From Lama guanicoe (Eukaryota), in NCBI GenBank assembly GCA_013239625.1, contig MU053881.1, forward strand, positions 15,988,373 to 16,052,372: a stretch of DNA of 64,000 bases, read 5' to 3'. The position numbers were made by a program, and so were the translations under genes. This document shows positions 47,001-60,130 of this stretch, one piece after another. The notes under the pieces are model-generated. The model was not told the origin of the DNA, did no database searches, and was given only the letters and a program-made list of their open reading frames with translations. Positions within the stretch are counted from its first letter, which is position 1. Every line of letters starts with the position of its first letter.

Positions 47001-50000
47001 CACTCATACGCAAGGCTGCTGATGGAATCATGTGTTTATTGAGCACCTACTACTGGCCAGAACTCTACTCCAAGCGCTGGGGTCACTGCAGAGACCAAGA
47101 TGAGACCTGCTCTTGGGAACTGGGACCTGCAGGCTGGAGCTGGGAGGTAGAGAAGTATCGCACCTCCATAGAAAGCTCAGTGTGCAGCCCGTACTGATCA
47201 CGTGTTTTAGGGGTAGGCTGGCCCTGGGCCTGGAGTCCCAGGAAGGTGCTCCCTCCCTGGTCTCATGCTCAGTTCTTGAATCCCTGTGATTGACAGATGA
47301 GGGCATGACTGCCTCCCTAGCTGCCAGGGGAGCTCACTCAGTCCAGTAGGGGTCCAGGTATGAATCAAATTAGCCCTCACCTAGTGGTCCCATTCCTACC
47401 TGGGAAGGTCCCCCCAAACCCCCTTCTCTGCAGGAAGTAAGAGTCAGGTGGTAGCAGGACATGCACTCAGGTTGAGGGCACAGGGCAGAGCAGGGTGGGG
47501 CCTGCAAGACCTTGGCCTCTGTCCTCCCAACAAGCTTTGCACCCGTGAGGGGGGTGAGGGGCTTGGAGGAGAGGGGGCTGAATGACCCTCTGATAACTTT
47601 ATCTCCTCCCTTTATTCCTCCCTACCCGCCCCCCATGACTCTCTCTGGGTACCCACTTTCCCCCTCATTCCTTCCTCCCTCTTCCTCACACCCCATTCTC
47701 CCCTCTCTGGTCGCCTCATGTTCCTCAATCCCCTTCCTGTCCCATTTTCATCATTCCCTCTCTCCCATTTCCTGACTCCGCTCATCTCCTCGCCCCTCCT
47801 CCATCCCCTCCCCTCCTCCTCCCCGTCCCCATTTCCCGCTGGGGGTGAATACCTCCCTTACCCCTCACCCCCATATGCATCTTCCCCTCGCAGCGGTGCA
47901 GCGCGGCCGCATCCCGCACTCGCTGCCTGGCACCGTGGCAGCCTCCTCTGGCAGTCCCCCGGGCTCGGCGCTGGTGGCGGCCGGCGGAGACCTCTTCCCG
48001 GGACAGCCTGTGTCGGAACTGATCGTGCAGCTACTGCGCGCCGAGCCCTACCCGGCGGCGGCCGGCCGCTTCGGCGCGGGCGCGGCGGGAGCATTCGGCA
48101 CAGGGAGCGGCGCGGCGGGCGCGGTGCTGGGCATCGACAACGTGTGCGAGCTGGCGGCGCGGCTGCTCTTCAGTACTGTGGAGTGGGCGCGCCACGCGCC
48201 CTTCTTCCCCGAGCTGCCGGTGGCCGACCAGGTGGCGCTGCTGCGCCTCAGCTGGAGCGAGCTCTTCGTGCTGAACGCGGCGCAGGCGGCGCTGCCCCTG
48301 CACACGGCGCCACTGCTGGCCGCCGCCGGCCTGCACGCCGCGCCCATGGCCGCCGAGCGCGCCGTGGCCTTCATGGACCAGGTGCGTGCCTTCCAGGAGC
48401 AGGTGGACAAGTTGGGCCGCCTGCAGGTCGACTCGGCCGAATACGGTTGCCTCAAGGCCATCGCGCTCTTCACGCCCGGTGAGATGTGCTGGATGGGGGA
48501 GTGGGACTGTTCTGCGGCCTTGGGGAGGAGGGAGTGACCTAGATCTTGACCCTGGCCCCCTTAGCTCTCCACTCGTTGACCCACAGTTAGCCAGACTGCA
48601 CGTGCCTTGAGTGCTGATGGGGGACAGTGGAGGAGGTGATGCAGGTAGTGTGACACCTTGATGTCCCCACCCCCTGATCCTAAGTCTCCTCAAGAACTTT
48701 TTGATCCAGGTCTGGACCTGTGACTCAGGTCCCCACGGCCACTCTTCCTGATTCCCAGGCTCCCTGAGACCCCCACCATTCACCCCTCATCAAGATGCTC
48801 TTCATGCTCATGGGCACTGACAGCAGAACGACAGGTGGGGGGATGCGGGAGGGGAGGTCCCCCACCTGGTTCTGGTCCTCACTCTCTGATCTGCCCTCCT
48901 TAGACCCTCTGACCCTCTACTGCCAAATTAAGGTGCTCTTTCTGTTACTGACCACTTATGGAGAGCTGCCAGCAGGGTGCTCTGCCACCTGGTTCTGGGC
49001 TTCCCTGGGCCCTCCACTCTGCTGGGCACCCAGACCTGCCCAGACTCCCACTCTGCCCCCTGGCCAGCCCCCATGGCATGCCCCGCCCCTCCAGATGAGC
49101 TGGATTGGGCTTGAGTGTGGCTCGGAGGTTCCTCCCACCGAGAGGCAGGACTTGGGGCGGGGCCGCTCGAATTCCTTCCTTGCTGTTAGTAACCATCCAA
49201 CCTCCAAAGCCCTACTTTATTCAAGGGACTGGTGGAGTAGCTGGCTCTGCACTCTGGGAGGCTCCAGGTCCCACTAGGTGTCTCCTGGGGCCAGATATGC
49301 AGGAACCAGACCCAGGCTACTCTGGGGGGTGGCTTTCATCCAATAAATATGGCTTTGCCCTTCCTTATTTCCGCAGACTTTCGCTGCACCCTCACATTCA
49401 TGGGCCTCCATTTAGATGCTTTCACATTCACTCAAATTGCTGGCTTCTCTGGGGTGTCTGAATACCCACTCTAGGCTTTGCTTTCCTCCCCAAGTCCCCT
49501 CCCCAGCCCCCAGCCCCCTCTTCCCCTTGAGCTTGATTAGAACTTGTCTCCCTGCTAAATCCCTTAGTTGGGGCCCTTCAAGCCTTGAAACATCATTGTC
49601 TGTGCCCCTGTGTCATCATCCTCGGATGAGGCTGCCTTAATCTCTCTCCAGGATTAGCACTGCCTTAGATAGCCCCATTTGTGCCCTGGGCCCCCACCTC
49701 CCGAGTGCCCTCCTTCTGTACCAACAGCCCTGAGTGGTGCCCCCCAGTCAGCCCTGGGCTCTTGTGTCCTCTCACCACCTCCTCTTCTGACCTTTCCCTT
49801 GTCCCCCCAGATGCCTGTGGCCTCTCAGACCCAGCGCATGTGGAGAGCCTGCAGGAGAAGGCACAGGTGGCCCTCACTGAGTACGTGCGGGCCCAGTACC
49901 CATCCCAGCCCCAGCGCTTTGGGCGCCTGCTGCTGCGGCTCCCTGCCCTGCGCGCCGTTCCCGCCTCCCTCATCTCCCAGCTGTTCTTCATGCGCCTGGT

Positions 50001-50085
50001 GGGCAAGACGCCCATTGAGACATTGATCCGAGACATGCTGCTGTCAGGAAGTACCTTCAACTGGCCCTACGGCTCAGGCCAGTGA
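41018..50085 (+). CDS. NR2F6: Nuclear receptor subfamily 2 group F member 6 (EAR-2), 4 exons, 412 aa
   Basis: Exons 41018-41301, 44856-44950, 47894-48478, 49811-50085. Starts [11 protein letters not shown]4 zinc fingers [28 protein letters not shown] and [23 protein letters not shown]-type LBD ending [29 protein letters not shown] at 50520-50525. Confidence 0.98.
44295..44328. repeat. (CATT)n simple repeat
   Basis: Read directly from the sequence; typical L2 tail. Confidence 0.8.
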
Positions 50086-53063
50086 CTGGACAGGGCCGGG
50101 TCTGCAGACCTCAAGGGACACAGATGCTCAGGCCTCCAGCAGGGGGCCCCGGGCAGAGGACCCTGGCTTCCCTCCTCAGACTCCTATTTTTTAAAGACTG
50201 TGAAATGTTTGTCTTTTCTGTTTTCTAAATGATCATAAAACCAAAAAGAGACTGATTGTCTAGGCTCCAGCCAAGTCTTCCCCAGAACCCTTGGTCAAGA
50301 TGAGGGGCAGGACTGAGAGTCCAATCCCAGGACAGCCTTGTCCCTCAGTGCTCCAGGCATGAACTCATGGTGGGGTTGGCTTCTCTGGTGTGATGGACAA
50401 AGTCCTGGCGTCTGGACTGGAGGGGCAGCCGCAGCCGGGCAGGGGTAGCGAGTGCCAGGCAGATCCTCTGGACACGTAATCCACGTTGGACACTACATGA
50501 TGAATGAATCAAGGCCGATAATAAAGATGTTTCCTACCTGCACAGCTGCCATCATCTTTGTGAGGGGAGGGTGGGATGGAGGGTCCCCGACCCACTCCCA
50601 GCCATCTGAAACACCCATAACCTAATAATAGCCCTACTTGCTATTTCTGTTGGACAGTTTTGTGGGGAAACTGAGGCTGGGAGCAGGAGGAGACGGGAGG
50701 AGGCTGAGGGGGTGCAGAGGATAGCCGGTGAGTCTGCAGGAGGTGAGCTCAGCAGATGGACAAGCCCTGGACGAAACACTTTACTGTTTTCTTTGATTAG
50801 CTCTTAATCATGATGTCTGAGCCCCAGTGTCCTCGGGAGAAAGATCTGGGGCTAGTTCACATGATCTCAGCCTAGGCAGAGCCCTCCATTCCCCTGGCCA
50901 CAGAGATTGCTTTAGGGAGGGCACATGGCCCAGAGCTGATCAATGAGAGTCAATGACAGGATTTGGTACTAGAAGGGTATAAAGCAAAGCAGAGCCAAAA
51001 GAAGATCAAATTTCCTAGGATGCTTTTGGAGCCCCTGGATCAAGCCATACCTGAAACCCTTGAGTGTTTCAGTTCCATGATCCCAGAATTCCCCTTCTGT
51101 GCCTGAACCAGTTTGAGTTTGGTTTCTTCTCACATGTAACTTAAAAACAAAACAAAAAACAAACAAACAAAAAAACTCCTGTTTTGGAGATTGGCATTTG
51201 GAAGGTGGGGACCTCTCAGGGCAGACTTTGAAATGTGGGCTTAATTGAGTTGATGTAGGGTAGGGTGATGCAGGGTACCAGGGAGCTTGCCATCCTGGCC
51301 TCAGAAGTTTGTGGCCCAGCTCAGTGGTGGAAAAGGCACCTATGGAATTTATTGCCAGGACTGTGGCTCTAGAGGGTGGGTAGAAAGGGCCCAGATAATT
51401 GTGGTGGGTGGCACCTCAGCCCTGACTGACATCTTATTGGGCAGAAACAAGCCCTTTATCAAAGATGCCCTTATAAAACAGTGAGGGAAGAACTCAGGTC
51501 TCATGCTGCAGATTGGGCCAGTGTTCAGCCCTAAGGCAGTCCCAATCCTCCAAAATGCTCCCCATTAGCACCCGTCTCCCCCGTATCTGTCTCAGAGGTC
51601 TGGAAAGATGGGGAGGAATGAATGAGGATCTATTATGTATGCCCTGTCCCCGAGAGGGAATTGGGAATGGGATGGAGAGGCTACCGGGCTTTCCCACTGG
51701 AGGCTGGGCTGGTTTCTGCCCTAGATTGGCGTTTTCTGAGATGAGATGTCCTGGGCATGTGAATGTATGTCCACCCTAGTTAGGCTGGACAGCAATGCCC
51801 CATTTCTCAGATTCATAGGACATCTGAAGACCGAGCAAGACCATGGTGCCTGCCCTGCTTCCAAACGGCCAGTGACTTGGATACCTGTCCAGGCCTAACT
51901 GTTGACTCCCACTTCTCCCACAAAACCCTACTCATGGCCTCTCCTGCAGGAAGACACACTGAGCTTCCCTAGTTGTTAAGACTGCTGTCCAGCTTTCCGT
52001 TATTGCTCTACCCCACGGAGCTCTTTTCCCTGAGGACGGGGGTTCCTTGAGAACTGATCCTGGGACTGAGGCTTCTGTGACCACTGGGCTGGCCCGGCCT
52101 TCCCTGCCTGCGCTCTGCCTGCCTGTTCCTGTCCTCTGCGGTTTCCCTGGGAGGCCAAGAGGCAAAGAAAGTAGCTGCTGGGCCACCATCACAGGGCCCC
52201 AGCGGAAGCCTGGTCTTACCTGTGCCCCACTCACTCTACCCAGGGCCTGACGCTGAGGGACATCAGAGGACCCTCCCTCAGGACTAGGTGCATGAAATGT
52301 ACTCACACAGAGCCCGGTGTCAATCACTGTTCAGCCTGCAGTGCTTGGGGAGAAGTGGAGAATGAAGGGACCCATTATTTATCTGGGTCGATGTTGTGCC
52401 TCCTGCAGGACTCCTGGGCTGAGTCCGCCCCCTTCAGGCGGTTGGCAGCATTGCACCACATGAATTCTCCAGGACACTGCCCCTAGGGTCCTGGGCTGGT
52501 CTTCCCTTCATTACCTAAGCTGTGGAAACCCTTGGTCCCTGGGGCTCCCCTGTCTCAAGCCTGGCCAAGAAGGTGATGCTGGGTAACTGAGCTTCCCACT
52601 GGAAGGCCACATAAGGCTCTTGGAGGAGAGGGAGCCCCCTGGACAGACTAGGGTTCACAGCCTGCTCAGAGGCCCTGGACAAATCCCTCTTTTGGAACCT
52701 TCATTTTTTTTAACTCTGGCAAATGGAGAACAACTTTTTGGTGATTACAGGTGAAACCAGGAGTTTTAAGCAGCTGTACACAGTAGGCATTTAATAAGTG
52801 TTTATTCTGCTGAGATGGAACAGGACCTGCTTCCAGTGGGTGGGCTGAGATCTGGGGTCCCCATGGGGTCCCAGAAGAGGTTCTGGAAAGCCTTCCTTGA
52901 GGAGGGCCATCAGATCTGGGCCTCAAAGGCAGAGGCATTTGAAATCAGGGAAGGCTACCCCAAGTGGGGGAACGGGAAGAGCTAAGACCACGAGGTAGGA
53001 AGAGGAGTGTGGGCAGGGTGGGACCCCCCACCTCGATGTTTCCCCCTGCCTGTGTCAGGATAC

Positions 53064-55014
53064 TTAGAAGTACACAGAGCCTTCGCTGTCTCCTTGGTCA
53101 TCGAACTTCTGGATCTGTGTCTTGAGGTGCCTTAGTTTGCCCTTCAGGTAGTGGCAGCGAGCCTGCTTGTCCAGGAAGCTGGGGTCCTGAGTAGGGTGAG
53201 AGTCAGGAAAGTCCTGTAGCAGTCTGATTTACGGCTCTCAGGCTGCTTGACACTTTGCTTTTTTCTCTCCGAGCCTCAGTTTTCCTTCCTTGAATCTGGG
53301 CACAAGTGTCCCAGCCTCATGGGAGAGTGTGTGTGTGCGCGTGTGTGCGCTCGGAATGGGGTGCAAAGGCCAGGCTGTAGGACTCAGGAGGCATGACTTA
53401 CCATCTGCTTCTTCTCAAATTCCCTCCAGACACGGGCGGCAACATGGGCCTCCTTCTGTAGGGGGAAAGGAAGTGGGTGTTCAGGGAGCACAGAAACCAA
53501 GGAGGGATGGGAAAACTGAGGCTGAGATTAGACAAAGTGGACTTCAAGGGCTGACCTTGGCCCATGTGCTGTGGTGCCCGCCCAGCCTGGAGAAGGAAGA
53601 GGCCCAGGGATCTGGACCCAGTGGGAGAGCTGGGGTTGGGCTACCTGGATGGGCTGTAGGGTGGGGGTTTCCACCTGGGTGCTGACCTGGCTTCGGGGTG
53701 GGGGTAGTGAGTTCAGCAGGGCCTCCAGCTGCTGGAGCTTTGCCTGTGCAGAGCCCACCTCCTGCTGGAGCTCCAAGAACTCCGTGTACTGGTCCTGGAA
53801 CACTGCAGCATAGCGGCTCCGATCCGTCTCACTGTTCACTGTTGGGTACTTACTACCGGGTTGAAAGAGGGTCGGAGAATGAGTGTGAAGGATCCCTCTC
53901 TCTCCCCCAATCAGTGTAATTTGGGTTTTTTTTTGTCCATGTTGGGCTCCCTGCCCAAAATGCCCCTTTTCTCTTTTTACTATTTGGTAAACTCTTACTC
54001 ACTTGTCACTTGGCAAAGTCCCAGCCTCAGTGCCCCCTCCCCTGTTCCCAGACATCAAGAACCACAAGAAGGACACTCACAGTTCATAGTCAGGCACGGG
54101 ATGGGGATGGGGCCTAGGGATATGCCCCCCAGGGTCGGCTCCAATAGACTTCTTGGTGCCCAGCAGAGGCAGGGAGGGAAGCTCGTCCTCAAATACAATC
54201 TTCTTGGGCCTTGACCTGTGCGCTCCGGGCTGGGGCTGGCACAGTGGGCGGGGCGCGCTGGATGTGAGGCCTCGAGGCACCAGTCGCTGCAGAAGCCGCA
54301 GGAATCATGCTTTGGAGTTAACAAGGGCATCGGAAAGGCGGGACCCCTTAAACGGGGGGAATGAATCCTTTGCCTAGGCTCGGCCTGACAGCACTCAGAC
54401 TCACCGTGGGACCAGGGCCAGGCGGGCGGGCCTGCAGGTCCCCCCGGGAGCCGCGCGTCTGGCGCGGCTCCCGGGTGGGCATTGGCTTCGGGGCGGCGCC
54501 GCTCGGGCGTCCCCGGGCAGGTGGGCGTGTCCTGCGGGGGGAGTCGTGGCCCGCGCGTGGCGGGGGTGGTCGACGGGCGGCCTATGGACACGGGAGGAGG
54601 ACGCTCATGGAGGCGCGTATAGTGGGAAGACGCGGGGAAGCGGCTCCCGGAGCGGCCCGCTCTCCACTCGCGGAAGCGTTTTCCAACTCCGCCCCTTATT
54701 TGCCTAGACGTACGCCATTGGCCTTCAAAGAACCCCAGACCGTGCCGCCGAGTGCGTAACCCGGAAGAGCGCTATGCAAATAACCCATTACGTCACCGCG
54801 CAGTCCAGGATTGGCTCATATTAACCCCAGCGCTGCCACAACCTGTCCCGCAGGGGTGTGTGGCTGACAGACACTGCCCCCGAGAAGACCCCCAGGATCT
54901 CCGGCCTGGCAGCGGGCCGTACGAACCACTCCAGCCCGGCGTCACCTGTCCCAGCGTCCGGGGCTCCGAGTCTGGGTCCGCTGCCGAAGAGGCGCTTGAG
55001 CCCGTATTGTGCAT
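53064..55014 (-). CDS. OCEL1: Occludin/ELL domain-containing protein 1, 6 exons, 264 aa
   Basis: Exons 55014-54946, 54581-54405, 54286-54081, 53852-53687, 53455-53402, 53186-53064. MHNTGSSAS...KKIVFEDEL...[30 protein letters not shown]...[46 protein letters not shown] (minus) at 52806-52801. Confidence 0.95.
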
Positions 55015-55239
55015 TAACTACAGGCTGGAATCTACTGGCTGGGTCGCTCCGCAGGGCGCGGGCGGGGTCTGGCGGTATGGGGCGGGGTTGACGGTGAGGG
55101 GGCGGGGCCTGGCGAACCGGAAGTGGACCCACACCCTTGAAGCGCAGAGTCCAGCAGAGACCGCTGTCTGGTCTGTATTTGGGGCCGCTGACTTACCCTC
55201 TCTGACCCTCAGTTTGTCTGAAAAACTAGTGGTTTTGGA

Positions 55240-56460
55240 GAACTTGCACGTATCCATTTTCTCGTCGGTTATATTTTTGAAATATTTCTTTAATCACTGG
55301 AGGCATGTTTAGAAAATTCAAATAGAAAAGAGTTTCAGGGCAAAGTGAATTTCTCACTCACCCTTGTCCCCGAGAGACAGCTTAATTGTGTCTCCTTCCG
55401 GAGATATTCTACTTCAGTGACAAAGTTTCCTCACTATAGACAATACTGTAGAAAGAATATTCAAGTGCGCATTGCCCAATTGTGGAGGATTATGGTAGGA
55501 TAAATCCCTAGAAGTGTAATTGCCCAGAATTGCCCGGGCAAAGGGATCTGTGTATTTTAATTTGGAAAAGATTCTGTCAGGTTGTCCTTCAGTGAGATTG
55601 TGCCACTGATGCTCTAATTAGCTGGTTTCCCCACAACCTTTGCAACCTCAATGTATCGTTTCTTGCAAGTGTATTTTCAAAGTTTTAAATCTTGCCTAAT
55701 CTGGTAAGTGAAAACATTCAGAAACCATTTGTATTTCTTTTCCTGTTTATTTCCTGCAAATATTTTTTTTCTTGTTTATTTTTAGGAGCTTTCCATATGT
55801 TAGTTTAACCAGGCAGTTATGTTTTATGTTACTGTCATAAATGGGATCTTCTAATATATTTTGCAGCTTTTTGTTTTTGGCACATAGGAAACTAATATTA
55901 AGTCCCTTGCTGGTTTACTAAATTCTCTAATTGAAATAGCTTTTTAGTTACATTCCTTGGGTCTTTTATACAGACAGTTGTATCGTCTAAAAGTAATTTT
56001 ACCTTTTTTCTCACCTTTCAGTCTCATTTCTTTTTCTTGTCTAGTTGTGTTGACTAGCACCTCCAGACAATATTAAATTATTGGAGGAGGTGGCTGTACT
56101 ATGGGCATCCACCCCACCTCACTTTCTTCACTTTGATGGTAGAGCTTCTATTATTTGCCTATTAAACTCAATATTGCCTTTGGTTTGGGATTTTTTTCAG
56201 TTAAATGAGGAAAATATCCATCAATTACTTATTTCTAATTAAGAGGCTATGATTAACTGATGCTGTGAACAGTACAAGGTACCATTTAACGCTATGATTT
56301 TGTTTCCTGCTGCATTAATGTGGCTATTAAAAGGCTTCCTAATATTCAGCCATCCCTGAGTCACAAGCATGATGAGCCTCCTTATAATCTATATTTAAAA
56401 AGTTGCCACTAGACTTTCAAAAGGTTTTAAAAGCTGCCACTGGAGTTTTTAAAAGCTCTT
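55240..56460 (-). mobile_element. Old, AT-rich LINE-1 (L1M) remnants
   Basis: Sharp AT-rich block with GGATAAATCCCTAGAAGTGTAATTGC and TCTAGTTGTGTTGACTAGCACCTCCAGACAATATTAAAT...ATGGGCATCC, resembling antisense L1. Confidence 0.6.
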
Positions 56461-57181
56461 CCTAGTGTTTCACACCCATACTGATGGGGGGGGTGCAGTC
56501 CACATGGGCAACTCTATGCATGTCCCACAGTTCTGGGAGTGGGGGCAAGCAGAACTTAGGACCTACAATCCCCTTGGACTCCTACTCCATGATCACTTCC
56601 AGGGTCCCAACTCCAATGCCAACCCAGTTCTTGTCTGAAATGATCAGACTATGATGTGGGCAGGGAAGGGTCTCCATGATTCTCATGTGTTTGCTGAATG
56701 ACTGTATGAAGTATCTACAATGTCCTGAGGTCTTAGGCTGTGGTGCTGGCTAGACTAAGTCCTGTCCCTGAATTATCACCTTCAGTCTCAAGAAAGGCCC
56801 ACCAGTGACACCCTTCCTCCAGGCTGACCTCCAGGCCTGGCCCTCCTCCTCCTCCACCCTCCAGGCCTTACCCTGGCTCCATAGTAATGTGTTTGGCTGT
56901 GACTGTATCACTTTAGGAGCTCCTGTGGCCTCTAGGAGCCCTGTCTTGTCCAGTGTGGGGTGGGTATCGGGGGAATGGGAGACAGGTTTGCTGACTTACT
57001 GCCCCTACCCCTGCCCACTCTCTGCCTCCTCAGGCTGATCTCCTTCCTCCCTTGCTCATGTACTCTCTGTGGCTCTCCAGGGGCTCCAAGGGCCTTTCCA
57101 TCTTGTTGCCCACTCCAAAGGGTACCCCCAGATAGGGTGGAGGGCAGAAAGGGGACAGGTGAGATGGATCAGGCCAGGTCT

Positions 57182-59996
57182 TTATTTGAGTTTGGGCATG
57201 ATACGGATGAAGAGGATCATGCTGATGAAGATGAAGCAGACAATAATAAGCATGGCCCAGAGCAGCCAGTTGACTGACTTCTGTGTATGTTGCTCCAACC
57301 TCTCAGATTCTGTCTTCAGCTTCTCCAGGTTCTGGTCAGCCATCTTGAGTGAGTGTGACAGGGTCTATGGGTGAGGTGGGGAGAGTGTCAATAGGACCAG
57401 GTCCAAGTATGGCTTCTCCCTACTGCCCTGGGGGCAAATCTACACCTCTTGGCCCTTGCTGGGAATGCCATTTTTGCCTTCTACCAGACTCCTACTCATC
57501 TTGCTAAGCCCCAGCCATAATGCCCTTCTGCTGGGAAGCCTTCTCTGATGCCCCAGGGCAGAGGCTTTAGTGTTCCCATAGTCCTCATACCTGGTTGTCC
57601 TTCTTGATGACACTCTGGGCAGCCAGTGTGTTGGTCTTGAGGCTCCGGGCCAGGCCTAGCATCTCCTCCGCCAGCTTCTCCTGGAGGTTCTGGTGTCGCT
57701 GCAGGACGAGGTCTAGCTCGGCTGCTGACTGCTTCTCATCCCCTGGCCTGGGCCCTGCCACCCCACTGACCCCACAGATGGGTGGACAGCGGGGTATGAG
57801 ATGGGGAGGAGGAAGGAAGAGACTGACATGTTCTCCAGGAAACCAGAGGTTATGGTTCCCGCCGCTGCCCTGTTTGGGGCTATTTCCCCTTTTTTGCTTT
57901 GGCTTCTGGGAAGCACATCCTCAGAAATGGCTTTTGATTGGTGGTTTAGATGCTTGTGATGGCACCTCAGTGGCCCAAGATTTGTCTAGCCCCCTGCTCT
58001 CTAATGCTGCCCCAGCCTGAAGATACTCACGTTCTCTTCCTCACATCCAGTTCAGGCTCTGGAAGCAAAACAGGCCAAGCAGGAAGAAGGAGAGAGTTGG
58101 TTTGCTGTTCTCCAGCTTCCTGACTATTGCCTGTGATGTGTCTGTTACTCAGAATGCAGTTTCCCACCTTGTCTGCTGCCCGGTGGGCTCCTGATCATAC
58201 TTCAAAGCATTCTTTTCTAGGAAATGTTCCTCATCTGGGCACCCCTAGGCCCCAGGTCCTTCCCTCTAGGCAGACTTGGCCCCTTGGGCTGGGAGTGTCC
58301 AGCTTGGTTTCCTCTGGGGGAACCCTCCTCTGTCCTGGCACAACCCCCCACCCCCGCCCAGGCCTAACTCAGTAATGCCCCTGGGACACTCTTCCTTGGG
58401 CTGTGGAAGACCCTGGGGGAGTTAGGTTAGGCATGAGGGAGGTGGGGCTAAAAGGACACATGTCTGTACTGGGCCTGGAGTCCTGTTCGGCTCAGGCTGA
58501 CTCACCTCCAGTAGAGTCCTGTGGGAAAAAAGGGAGAAGCACGAAGTCACCTACCTTGCCATGCCCCCAGACCTGTCCTTTCTGCTCTCAGAAACTCCCC
58601 ATCCTCAGTCAGGGCCCTGGGCCTCAGTTTCCTCATCTATAAACTGCTAACAACAGCTCACATTTTGAAGGGTTTAGCTGAGCCACATAAAGTGCTGATA
58701 AAGGTATTTGTCATCCTGTTTTTACCGATGGAAATCTACATGTGATAAGGCAGGAGCCAAACTTTGCTCTAGGTCAGCTCTGGAGCTTCACTGGAGATGT
58801 GACATTTTTGTCCCATACCAAGCTCTTATTTATCTAGCAAAGCCTTGGCCACAAGTCCTCTCTGTTGGGAAGCCTTGTAAGATGGTCCACGGCAGAGGCT
58901 GTTGGGCCCCATAGGATCCCTGCACCTGACAGAATTTGTTGTTCTAACCACTCCAGGCACTGAGTGCCTGTCCCTGATGGAAGCATCCCAGGGGCCAGGG
59001 AGGGAGCCCTACCGTGCCTAGCAGCTCACTCCGCATCTCATTGGTGTACCGTGCCCGTGACTGTAGATGCAATGTCTTTGTGGCAGGCACCCGCTCCTTG
59101 GCTGTGGTTGGCACACGGCCAGGGGCCAGGAACTGGTTGGCTAGTGCCTTCTCTGAGGAGGAGGTCTGCAAAAGAGGGTAGAGGGGTCACCTGAGGGTCA
59201 GATCCCAGGTGAGCCTGATGAAGGCTGAGGAGGCAGAGGTGCCCCTGCTTACCAGCTTCTCTGCCTGCAGCATCCCCTTCAGAAAATCTACCTTGCGAGA
59301 ATATTCATTGATCACCTCTGAGGCCGGTTTGCTGGAAGGGGAGAAGAGGAAAAGGAAAATCTGCCCACTGTCCCCAGTTCAGGGAAGGGTCTTAGCAGGG
59401 AACGGAGACCAGGGATCCCCCGAGGGATGCTGGCTGCCTGGACTCTACTTCTCTGCCCCCGATTTGAACCACGTGTGGCCGCTGGCACTCACCTCGCCTG
59501 GGCTTTCAGGGCCTGCAACATGTCCTCGAGGGCTCCCACGTACTGGGGATGAAAAGTGGGGTGTTACCCTAGTCCACACCATTCCCACGCCGGTCCCACT
59601 CAGATAGGTCAGAGCCAACAAGGGGCGGGGCCATGACTAGGACAGGGCTGGAAATGGGAGGAGTCAAGTGTCAAGGAGGCGGGACCAGCTGAGCCCCAAG
59701 GAGGAGGCGGGGGAGCGTCAGGCGGCCGTGGCTGAGCTAACCGGAAGGGGCGTGGCCATGGTGGTAAGCGGTGGGGAGTAAGGCCTGATGGCCGGTAGAT
59801 TCGGGCATCGCCGTCCGGGATGCCGGCTCTACGCGGAAGGGCGGGCTTCCCTCACCTTTTCCAGACGCCACTCGTCCGGGTCCCGCTTCTCCGCTGCCAT
59901 CGCCTCGCACCGACACAGTAGCCGCACCAGGTTCAGCTCCAACCGCGACGCTGCCATCACCACCCAGCGGTTCTCCGCCCCTTCCGCCGGCGCCAT
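57182..59996 (-). CDS. USE1: Unconventional SNARE in the ER 1 (p31), 8 exons, 273 aa from ATG 59996 or 260 aa from ATG 59957
   Basis: Exons 59996/59957-59856, 59542-59493, 59331-59253, 59165-59013, 58518-58506, 58058-58031, 57765-57591, 57364-57182. [20 protein letters not shown]..., SNARE coil ([23 protein letters not shown]), C-terminal [30 protein letters not shown]. Confidence 0.96.
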
Positions 59997-60130
59997 CTTA
60001 AGAGATGGCGGAAGTGCTTTCTGTCGGCCTCCTTCCGGGCGGAAGTGCACTGCTCGTTTGCTGTTCCATCCTTGTTTGGGGCGGCGGAAGTAATGTCTTG
60101 TTTCAGCGAGAGGCGCCATTCCGTCCTTAT
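59997..60130 (-). promoter_or_regulatory. USE1 promoter
   Basis: Three GGCGGAAGT ETS/GABP motifs (~60007, ~60038, ~60083) and YY1-like CGCCATCTT (59991) and CGCCATT (60114). Confidence 0.65.
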
